A DNA stretch of 64,000 nt from an uncultured beta proteobacterium (lineage in GTDB: Bacteria; Pseudomonadota; Gammaproteobacteria; Burkholderiales; Burkholderiaceae_C), in assembly GCA_903844215.1 (NCBI GenBank), contig CAIMSP010000016.1, positions 9,575 through 73,574 of the forward strand, in the 5' to 3' direction. Below the pieces are notes generated by a model, which saw nothing but the letters and a program-made list of their open reading frames with translations, had not been told where the DNA came from and did no database searches. A program made the position numbers and the translations under genes. Of the stretch, positions 21,099 through 29,093 are shown in pieces (position 1 is the stretch's first letter; each line of letters begins with the position of its first letter).

Positions 21099-22387
21099 AC
21101 ACCTCGATCCCGACCAAGACCTTTCACGAGCTGCGCCAGTGGCTGCTGGAGCGCCAGGAGGTCGCGCTGCTCGATGTGCGCGACGAGGACCGCTTTGCGC
21201 AAGCACATCCGCTGTTTGCGGCCAACCTGCCTTTGGCGCGGCTGGCGTTGGAGGCCTGGCGGCGCATTCCGCGCCTGGCCACCGAGATCGTGCTCTATGA
21301 CGACGGCGAAGGCCTGGCGGCCAGCGCCGCGCGGACGCTGCGCCAACAGGGCTACAGCCGGGTGTCGCTGCTGGCCGGTGGACTGCAAGGCTGGCGCGAG
21401 GCGGGCGGTGAACTCTTCATCGACGTGAACGTGCCGAGCAAGGCCTTCGGCGAACTGGTGGAGTCGCAGCGCCACACGCCCGCGCTCTCGGCCCAAGAGG
21501 TGCAGGCGCTGTTGCAGCAAAAGGCGAATGTGGTGGTGCTGGACGCGCGCCGCTTTGACGAATACCAGACCATGAACATTCCGGGCAGCATCAGCGTGCC
21601 CGGTGCCGAGTTGGCGCTGCGCGCGCGCAGCCTGGCGCCCGACCCCGCGACCCGCATCATCGTGAACTGCGCGGGCCGCACGCGCAGCATCATCGGCGCG
21701 CAGTCGCTGCTGAATGCGGGCATTCCCAACCCGGTGGCGGCGCTGCGCAACGGCACCATCGGCTGGACGCTGGAGGGCCAGGCGCTGGAGCGCGGTGCCC
21801 GTCGGCGTTTTGCCGCGGTCGCGCCCGAGCAGTGTGCGCCGGCGGCGCTGGGCGCACGCGCCGTGGCCGATCGGGCCGGTGTGCAGCGCGCGCAAGGGGT
21901 GGATCTGGCGCGCTTTGTGGCCGAGTCTGAGCGCAGCACGTACCTGCTGGACGTGCGCACGCCGGAGGAATTTTTGGCCGGGCACTTGCCCGGATTTCGC
22001 AGCGCGCCCGGTGGCCAGTTGGTGCAGGAGACCGATGTGACGGCGCCGGTGCGTGGTGCGCGCATGCTGCTGGCCGATGACGACGGCGTGCGCGCCAACA
22101 TGAGCGCCTCGTGGCTGGCGCAAATGGGCTGGGAGGTGTGGGTGCTGGACGACGTGAGCGGCGCACAAGCCCTGCTGCGCGGGCTGGAACCAGCGCCGTG
22201 GATCGCCGTCGAGCCGACTCTGAGCGACGAGCAAGCGGCATGGGCGGCGACGCCCGGGCGCCGCTACCGCCGACCCTACGAAGGCACGGACAACCCGCGC
22301 GAAGCCATGCAGGCCTACCTCGATTGGGAGTACGGCCTGGTGGCGCAACTGGCGCGCGACGGCACGCACGGCTTCTGGGTGCTTTGA
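21095..22387 (+). CDS. Multi-domain rhodanese-related sulfurtransferase
   Basis: It has repeated rhodanese modules and an active-site loop NCAGRTRS. An ATGA overlap joins it to the CDO-like gene. Confidence 0.8.
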   Translation: MNTSIPTKTFHELRQWLLERQEVALLDVRDEDRFAQAHPLFAANLPLARLALEAWRRIPRLATEIVLYDDGEGLAASAARTLRQQGYSRVSLLAGGLQGWREAGGELFIDVNVPSKAFGELVESQRHTPALSAQEVQALLQQKANVVVLDARRFDEYQTMNIPGSISVPGAELALRARSLAPDPATRIIVNCAGRTRSIIGAQSLLNAGIPNPVAALRNGTIGWTLEGQALERGARRRFAAVAPEQCAPAALGARAVADRAGVQRAQGVDLARFVAESERSTYLLDVRTPEEFLAGHLPGFRSAPGGQLVQETDVTAPVRGARMLLADDDGVRANMSASWLAQMGWEVWVLDDVSGAQALLRGLEPAPWIAVEPTLSDEQAAWAATPGRRYRRPYEGTDNPREAMQAYLDWEYGLVAQLARDGTHGFWVL

Positions 22388-22409
22388 TGCGTCGCATAGA
22401 ATCGCGTCC

Positions 22410-22799
22410 ATGTTTTTGACCCAAGCCGTTCGCCAGTTCACGCTCAGGATCGCGCTGTTGGCGATGCTGTTGGCGGCGCTGGCGCCGACGCTGTCGCACG
22501 CCATGCGCGCGGGTGGTGCCGACGCCTGGGTTGAAGTGTGTACCGCGCTGGGTGCCAAATGGGTCGATGCCGATGCGCTCGCACCCTCCGACGATCCGGC
22601 CCCGGCATCGGCGGGCAGCATGGAGCATTGCCCGTATTGCGTGCTGCAGGCGCACGCCACGGGTCTGCCTCCCGCCTTCGCATCGACCAGCCTGAACACG
22701 GCTTTGCAGTTCGCCGTTCCGAAACGATTCCTGCATGCGCCGCACCGGCTGCATGCCTGGACCACCGCTCAGCCCCGAGCCCCGCCGCTGGCGAGCTGA
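22410..22799 (+). CDS. DUF2946-like small secreted protein
   Basis: It has a signal/TM segment and an HCPYC motif. Its position directly upstream of a TonB-dependent receptor is typical of DUF2946. Confidence 0.6.
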   Translation: MFLTQAVRQFTLRIALLAMLLAALAPTLSHAMRAGGADAWVEVCTALGAKWVDADALAPSDDPAPASAGSMEHCPYCVLQAHATGLPPAFASTSLNTALQFAVPKRFLHAPHRLHAWTTAQPRAPPLAS

Positions 22800-22941
22800 G
22801 CTTCCTGGCCGCCCTGCGCACTCGGTGCGCTGGCGCGCCCCCTTTGATTTCCCGTCATGACCCGCCGTCCCGCCGCGAGGCGCGGACCACCGCCACTTCT
22901 GCGCGGCCAGCGCCTGGCTGCGCCCTTTAGGAATCTTCATC

Positions 22942-25320
22942 ATGTTGAAAAGTTTTCGCATCGAGCCCCGGCTCAGTCTCATGGCTGCCGCCTGTCTGTG
23001 GGTCGGCGGCGCCAGCGCCCAAACCGACACCGCCAGCTTGGGTCAGGTGGTGGTTTCGGCGAAACGGCCGCTCGCCTCGCCGGCCACCGTGGAGACGCTC
23101 AGCGCCACACAAATCGACGAATCCATCAATGCCGTCACGTCCGCCGGCACGCTGCAGTACCTTCCCAGCGTGCATGTGCGCGAACGCTACATCGGCGACC
23201 GCAACGCCGTGCTGGTGATGCGCGTGAACAGCTCCATCGCCAGTGCGCAAACCACGGTCTACGCCGACGGATTACTGCTGTCGAACTTTCTGAACAACAG
23301 CTTTTCCACCGCGCCGCGCTGGGCCATGGTGTCGCCCGAAGAGATCGACCACATCGACGTGCTGTATGGGCCGTTCTCGGCGCAGTACCCGGGTAACTCT
23401 GCGGGCGGCGTGGTGAGTATGGTCACGCGCATGCCGACCCGCTTTGAAGCCCATGCCAAGCTCGACCTGTTTGGCGAGCACTACAAGGAATACGGAACCA
23501 ACGCCAACTACGCTGGCGCGCACGCCAGTGCCGCGCTGGGCAACGCCGTGGGCGACTGGGCCTACTGGCTGTCGCTGGACCACCTGGAGAACAAGAGCCA
23601 CCCGCAGACCTTTGGCAACACGGTGGCCAAGACCGGGTCCGCCGCCGCCGTCGGCACGTTCACCGACGTCAGCGGCTCTGCGCTGTACCGCGACACCGAC
23701 ACCTCGGGCAATGCGCGCATCATCGTCAGCTCCACTGGCATCGACCACACGCTGCAGGACATGGGCAAGCTCAAACTGGCTTACCAGTTCTCGCCCACGC
23801 TGCAAGCCAGCTACACCCTGGGACTCTGGCAGAACAAGTCCGATGGCAGTGTGGACAGCTACCTGCGCGACGCCAACGGCAACACCGTTTACAACGCGGG
23901 TCCGAGCTACGCCAACCCATTCAAGTACGTGCGCATCAATGGCAAGGACTACACCGTTTCGGCGGCCGTACCGAGCCTCGCCGAGAGCGAACACTGGATG
24001 CACGGCCTGGCGCTGAAATCCAATACCGATGGCAGCTGGGATGTTGACCTGGTGGCCAGCCTCTACAAGCAGCAAAAGGACATTTCGCGCAGCGCCGCGC
24101 CCAGCAGCGGGTTGGACAGCGGTCTGGGCTCCAACACCCCCGGCGGTCAGGTGAGCTTCGCGGACGGTACCGGCTGGCAGAACGTGGACTTGCGCGGCAC
24201 TTGGCGCGCGGGCGGCGGCCACAGCGTTAAAGTGGGCGTGCACCACGACCAGTACCAATTGGCGTCTGTGACCTGGGGCACGGCGGCCGCGCCGATCAGC
24301 AACTGGGTCAGCGCCAGCAACGGGACCAAGAACACCCAGTCTGCGGGCAAGACCCAGACCGACGCGCTCTACCTGCAGGATGAATGGCTCTTTGCACCCG
24401 ACTGGGCGCTGAGCGCCGGGCTGCGCCAAGAGCATTGGCGGGCCTTTGATGGCGCCAACTACAACGACGCCTACACGCTTGCAAATACCCAAAATGCAAG
24501 CGACCCGAAGACCCTGGTGTATGCGAGCCGGAGTCAGTCGAATCTGTCGCCCAAGTTGCATATCGCCTGGCAGGCCGCGCCCGACCTGGCACTGCGCGCC
24601 TCCCTGGGTCGGGCCGTGCGTTACCCGACGGTGAGCGAGATGTTCCAGACCTTCAACGGACCCAATGGCATCAAGACCAACGACCCCCATCTCAGGCCCG
24701 AGCAGGCGAATGCTATGGAGCTGATGGGGCACAAGCAGTGGGGCAACGGCATGACGCGTGTTTCCTACTTCGTTGAGAACAAGCGTGACGCCCTGATTTC
24801 GCAAACCGACACCACCGTGACGCCCAACCTGTCGAGCATTCAAAACGTGGACCGGGTGCGCACCGAAGGCGTGGAGCTGGCCTTCAGTCAGCGTGACCTG
24901 CCGCTCAAAGACCTGGACCTCAACGGCAGCGCCACCTACACCCATTCGCTCATCACTGCGGACACGCGCAACCCCTTGCTCGTGGGCACGGTGCAGCCGC
25001 GCATTCCCGATTGGCGCGTCACGCTGGTGGGCGTCTATCACGCGTCCGAGGCCTTGTCCTACAGCCTGAGCTACCGCTTCAGCGGGCGCCAACACAATGG
25101 GCTGTTGAATACCACGACCAAGAGCTACACCGATGTGAATCCCGACGTCTACGGTGCGGTCAGCCACTACAGCGTGATCGATGCCAAAGCCCTGTACCGC
25201 TTCGATCGCCAGTGGTCGGGCGCGTTCGGCATCAACAACCTGGGCAACTTCAAGTACTACGTGAACCCCAATCCGTACCCGCAACGCACACTGTTCGCCA
25301 GCCTAAAATTCGACCTGTGA
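22942..25320 (+). CDS. TonB-dependent outer membrane receptor
   Basis: 792 aa. It has a signal peptide, a TonB-box-like GQVVVSA, plug motifs, and the C-terminal beta-barrel ending in F (SLKFDL). Confidence 0.9.
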   Translation: MLKSFRIEPRLSLMAAACLWVGGASAQTDTASLGQVVVSAKRPLASPATVETLSATQIDESINAVTSAGTLQYLPSVHVRERYIGDRNAVLVMRVNSSIASAQTTVYADGLLLSNFLNNSFSTAPRWAMVSPEEIDHIDVLYGPFSAQYPGNSAGGVVSMVTRMPTRFEAHAKLDLFGEHYKEYGTNANYAGAHASAALGNAVGDWAYWLSLDHLENKSHPQTFGNTVAKTGSAAAVGTFTDVSGSALYRDTDTSGNARIIVSSTGIDHTLQDMGKLKLAYQFSPTLQASYTLGLWQNKSDGSVDSYLRDANGNTVYNAGPSYANPFKYVRINGKDYTVSAAVPSLAESEHWMHGLALKSNTDGSWDVDLVASLYKQQKDISRSAAPSSGLDSGLGSNTPGGQVSFADGTGWQNVDLRGTWRAGGGHSVKVGVHHDQYQLASVTWGTAAAPISNWVSASNGTKNTQSAGKTQTDALYLQDEWLFAPDWALSAGLRQEHWRAFDGANYNDAYTLANTQNASDPKTLVYASRSQSNLSPKLHIAWQAAPDLALRASLGRAVRYPTVSEMFQTFNGPNGIKTNDPHLRPEQANAMELMGHKQWGNGMTRVSYFVENKRDALISQTDTTVTPNLSSIQNVDRVRTEGVELAFSQRDLPLKDLDLNGSATYTHSLITADTRNPLLVGTVQPRIPDWRVTLVGVYHASEALSYSLSYRFSGRQHNGLLNTTTKSYTDVNPDVYGAVSHYSVIDAKALYRFDRQWSGAFGINNLGNFKYYVNPNPYPQRTLFASLKFDL

Positions 25321-25328
25321 AACCCACC

Positions 25329-26567
25329 ATGATCACGCTGATTCGATCCGCCGGCGCGGCCGCGCTGGCGCTGCTATTGACGACCGCCCAGGCGCAGGAG
25401 CACGGCCACGGCGCTGCAGGAGCGCAACCCGCGGCACGTGCGCCACGCCTGCAACTGGCCAGTGGCGTGGCCTTCGCCCCTGACGGGCGCCTGTGGCTGG
25501 TGGGTCTGGATGCCGAGCGGCACCTGTTCGTTCAATCGACGCGGCCAACGGGCGACGTCACGGGCAGCGTGGCTTGGAGCGCAGCGCAACGATTGGACAC
25601 CGGCACCGACGCGATCTCTGCCGATGGCGAGAACCGGCCCAAACTGGCCTTTGGCCCCCAGGGTTGGGTGGTCATCAGCTACACCCAGCCACTGGCCAAA
25701 CCCTTCACCGGCATGATCCGCATGCTGCGCTCCACCGATGGCGGCAAGACCTTCTCCGCGCCCTTCACCGTGCACGCCGACCGACAGGAAATCACGCACC
25801 GGTTCGAGTCGATTGCCTTTGACGCCAAGGGGGTGTTGCACAGCCTGTGGGTTGACAAGCGCGACTTGGCGTTGTTGCCCAAGGCGGGCAAGAAGTCCGG
25901 CTACGTGGGCGCGGCCGTTTACCGCAACGAGTCCCTGGACGGCGGTGCCCGCTTTGGCCCCGACATCAAACTCGCCGACCATAGCTGCGAGTGCTGTCGC
26001 ATTGCGCTGGCCGCAGGTCGCGACGGTGTGCTGCGCGCCCTGTGGCGCCACGTGTTTGACGCCAATGTGCGCGACCATGGCTTCGCCAGCGTTTCGGCTG
26101 CGGGGGATGGCCATGTCGTGCGCGCCACGCTGGACGACTGGCACATCGATGCCTGCCCGCACCATGGACCGGGTCTGGCCTTGGCCGCTGACGATGGCTT
26201 TCACGCCGTCTGGTTTGGCATGCGGCGCCAGGGCGCGCACGACGTGGCCGCGGTGCGCTATGCGCGCCTGAATCTCGATGGCAGCCCCAGGCTGGACACG
26301 GTGCGGGCCCTGCCGGACGAACGGGCTGAGCATGCCGACGTGCTGGCCTATGGTGAGCGCGTCGCCATCGTCTGGCGCAGCGTGGACGGCGCGCGCAGCA
26401 CGCTCAAGGCGTGGTTGTCCACGGACAGCGGCGCAACGTTCCGCCTCGCCGACCTCGCCAGTGTGGTAGGAGACAATGACCACCCGCGCCTGGCCCAGAG
26501 CGGCGAGCGCATGGTGGCGGTATGGCGCAACAACCAAGAGGTGCAGGTCCATGAAATTCGCTTCTGA
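25329..26567 (+). CDS. Secreted BNR/Asp-box repeat (sialidase-fold-like) beta-propeller protein
   Basis: It has a signal peptide and three Asp-boxes (STDGGKTF, SLDGGARF, STDSGATF). CECC and CPHHG motifs are also present. Confidence 0.65.
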   Translation: MITLIRSAGAAALALLLTTAQAQEHGHGAAGAQPAARAPRLQLASGVAFAPDGRLWLVGLDAERHLFVQSTRPTGDVTGSVAWSAAQRLDTGTDAISADGENRPKLAFGPQGWVVISYTQPLAKPFTGMIRMLRSTDGGKTFSAPFTVHADRQEITHRFESIAFDAKGVLHSLWVDKRDLALLPKAGKKSGYVGAAVYRNESLDGGARFGPDIKLADHSCECCRIALAAGRDGVLRALWRHVFDANVRDHGFASVSAAGDGHVVRATLDDWHIDACPHHGPGLALAADDGFHAVWFGMRRQGAHDVAAVRYARLNLDGSPRLDTVRALPDERAEHADVLAYGERVAIVWRSVDGARSTLKAWLSTDSGATFRLADLASVVGDNDHPRLAQSGERMVAVWRNNQEVQVHEIRF

Positions 26568-27087
26568 ACGCGGCCTGAACCAGGGCGCTGCTCGACGGCT
26601 CGGGCGCCGAACATTTGGCCTGGGCCTGCTCGCGGCTTGGATGCTGCGGCCCGCCGCGACCTTCGCCGTGCAGACGAAAGCGCCAACGGCGTTCGGCAAC
26701 GTGCTCCCCTTCGACACCGGCACCTGGGCCAGTTTGCTGAGCCACGGGCCCAGGCCTGCGGCCTATGTGTTCACCACGACCTATTGCTCCACCTGCGCCG
26801 AAGTGTTTGAGTTGCTGCATCAGAGCATTGTGGCCGCGCACAAGCCGGTCGTGCTGGCCGCCGTGGTGATGGACGAAACCGGCGCACGCGCTTTGAAGCA
26901 CGCCCACCATTACCAGGGCATCAGCCGACTCTACGCGTTTGATGGTTTTGAGCCCGAGATCCGTCAGACCGTGGACCCCAAGTGGCGCAACATCACGCCC
27001 TACGTCGTGCTGGTCGGACGCAGCGGCGCGCTGCAGCGCAGCCTGGGGCCGCCCGCGCCCGCGATGCTCAAGGCTTGGCTGGCTTGA
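26551..27087 (+). CDS. Tat-signal thioredoxin-like hypothetical protein
   Basis: It has a twin-arginine-like N-terminus (RRLGRRTFGLGLLAA) and a CSTC (CxxC) motif. It overlaps the upstream gene by 17 nt. Confidence 0.5.
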   Translation: MKFASERGLNQGAARRLGRRTFGLGLLAAWMLRPAATFAVQTKAPTAFGNVLPFDTGTWASLLSHGPRPAAYVFTTTYCSTCAEVFELLHQSIVAAHKPVVLAAVVMDETGARALKHAHHYQGISRLYAFDGFEPEIRQTVDPKWRNITPYVVLVGRSGALQRSLGPPAPAMLKAWLA

Positions 27088-27222
27088 CGCAACCGGTTTC
27101 ATGCTGGCCGGTCGCTGCATCGGGCGGACATTTTTTTTTTGCGTGGCGGGAATAAACCATGGGTTGGCGCTGTTGATCCGATTGCAGACGCTTGTTTGCA
27201 TTCATTCACTCAGGAGTTCACC

Positions 27223-27603
27223 ATGCAGTTTTTCACTCGCGGCACCGCCGCTTTGTCCCTGTCCCTGGCCATGCTGGGCGCTGGCGCCCAGGCTGCAGCC
27301 CCGGCCCAACTGGCCGATGGCGTGTTCACCGGGCCCAATGGCATGACGCTGTACACCTTCGACAAGGACGCCGCTGGCAGCGGCAAGTCGGTGTGCAACG
27401 GCCCTTGCGCGACCAACTGGCCACCCTTGCTCGCGGCCGATTCCGATACGGCTTCGGGCGACTTCAGCATCCTCACCCGCGACGACGGCAAGAAGCAGTG
27501 GGCGCTCAAGGGCAAACCGCTGTACTTCTGGGTCAAGGACGCCAAGCCCGGCGACAAGACCGGCGACGGTGTGAACAAGGTCTGGCAGAGCGCCAAACCC
27601 TGA
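27223..27603 (+). CDS. COG4315-type secreted protein with Yx(FWY)xxD repeats
   Basis: It has a signal peptide, two copies of the motif (LYTFDKD, LYFWVKD), and CNGPCATNWPP. Confidence 0.7.
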   Translation: MQFFTRGTAALSLSLAMLGAGAQAAAPAQLADGVFTGPNGMTLYTFDKDAAGSGKSVCNGPCATNWPPLLAADSDTASGDFSILTRDDGKKQWALKGKPLYFWVKDAKPGDKTGDGVNKVWQSAKP

Positions 27604-27619
27604 CGCAAAATCGCACCCC

Positions 27620-28168
27620 ATGCAGCGCCAGTCCATCGTCGATCAAATACCGAGCCTGCGCCGCTACGCCCGGTCCTTGACCGGCGACGCCTGGGCTGCG
27701 GATGACCTGGTGCAGGACACGTTGGAGCGCGCCTGCAGCAAGTGGCGTTTGTGGCTTGTCGGCTCGAACTTGCGCGCCTGGCTTTTCACCCTCATGCACA
27801 ACCTGTTCGTGAATCAAGTGCGTAGCGCCTCGCATCGGGCGCGCGCCCAGGCGCTGGACATCGAGGACGTGGCGCACGAGTTGATCGCACCGGATGCCGG
27901 CTTGGGCCTGGCCCTGGATTTGCAGCGTTGCCTGCTGCGTTTGCCAGCGGATCAGCGCGCCGTGCTGCTGCTGGTGAGCGTGGAGGACATGAGCTACGAG
28001 GAGGTCGCGAAGATCACCGCCGTTCCCATCGGCACCGTGATGTCGCGCTTGTCGCGGGCGCGCAGCCGCTTGCGAGAATTGATGGATGGGGCACTCATCC
28101 CGTGTGCCAGCGCAGCGCCCGCACTGCGCTCAAACGAGGGCGTGCGCCCGTTGCGCCGATTGAAATGA
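27620..28168 (+). CDS. ECF-type RNA polymerase sigma factor
   Basis: The sigma-70 region 2 contains DLVQDTLERA. Region 4 contains VEDMSYEEVAKITAVPIGTVMSRLSRAR. Confidence 0.9.
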   Translation: MQRQSIVDQIPSLRRYARSLTGDAWAADDLVQDTLERACSKWRLWLVGSNLRAWLFTLMHNLFVNQVRSASHRARAQALDIEDVAHELIAPDAGLGLALDLQRCLLRLPADQRAVLLLVSVEDMSYEEVAKITAVPIGTVMSRLSRARSRLRELMDGALIPCASAAPALRSNEGVRPLRRLK

Positions 28169-29019
28169 AAGAAATGAATCGCCCCATGGATCCCGCCCAG
28201 CCCACGGCGATCGTCGAGGACGAACTGCACGCCTTGGTTGATGGACGCCTGTCCGCGACGCAGCAGGCGGATCTGCGTGTGCGCCTGGCCGGCGATCCGG
28301 CTGCGGCTGCCGCCTATGCCGCGCTGGCGCAGCAAGGCGATGCACTGCGCGGCTTGCACGCCCAGGTGTTGCACGAGGCCGTGCCGGCTGGCCTGTTGCG
28401 CGCCGCCAGCCAGCTTGCCGGTGCGCGGCGCGCGCAGGACCCGTGGTGGCGCTGGGGCGGCATGGCCGCGGCGCTGCTGCTCGCCTTTGGCGTGGGCTGG
28501 TGGTCGCATGAGGGCGCCGCGTTCGTGCTGGCGTCGCGTTCGGATGTGAGCTCCGGCGCTCGACGCTTGGCGCAAGCCGACCAGATGTTTGTGCGCCAGG
28601 CCGCCCTCGCGCATGCCGTCTATGTGCCCGAACTGAAGCACCCGGTGGAGGTCAGCAGCGCGCAGCAGGAGCATTTGATCCAATGGCTCTCCAAGCGCCT
28701 GGGCAAGCCCTTGAAGGCCCCGCAGCTCAGCGCCGCCGGCTACGACTTGCTCGGTGGCCGCTTGCTGCCGGGAGACGCCGGTGCCCGCGCGCAATTCATG
28801 TTTCAAAATGCCGCAGGCGAGCGCGTCACGCTGTACCTGGGCGCGCTCGCAGACGGTGCCAATGCAGCCAGTACGCAGGAGACGGCATTTCGGTTTTCCA
28901 GCGATGGGCCGGTCAACAGCTTCTATTGGATGGACCATGGCTTTGGCTACGCCTTGGCCGCACAGCTACCGCGCGACAAACTGATGGCCTTGGCGCAGTT
29001 GGTTTATCAGCAGCTTTGA
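28165..29019 (+). CDS. Membrane-spanning anti-sigma factor
   Basis: An ATGA overlap joins it to the sigma gene. The N-terminal anti-sigma helix region contains LHALVDGRLS. It has a single TM helix (AAALLLAFGVGWW) and a periplasmic C-terminal domain. Confidence 0.75.
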   Translation: MKEMNRPMDPAQPTAIVEDELHALVDGRLSATQQADLRVRLAGDPAAAAAYAALAQQGDALRGLHAQVLHEAVPAGLLRAASQLAGARRAQDPWWRWGGMAAALLLAFGVGWWSHEGAAFVLASRSDVSSGARRLAQADQMFVRQAALAHAVYVPELKHPVEVSSAQQEHLIQWLSKRLGKPLKAPQLSAAGYDLLGGRLLPGDAGARAQFMFQNAAGERVTLYLGALADGANAASTQETAFRFSSDGPVNSFYWMDHGFGYALAAQLPRDKLMALAQLVYQQL

Positions 29020-29093
29020 TGTCCAGCCGGGGACGGAGCACTCCGATCGTGTTCGGCCTATCGATGACCGCCGTCGGCACGAGGCTCTGACGA

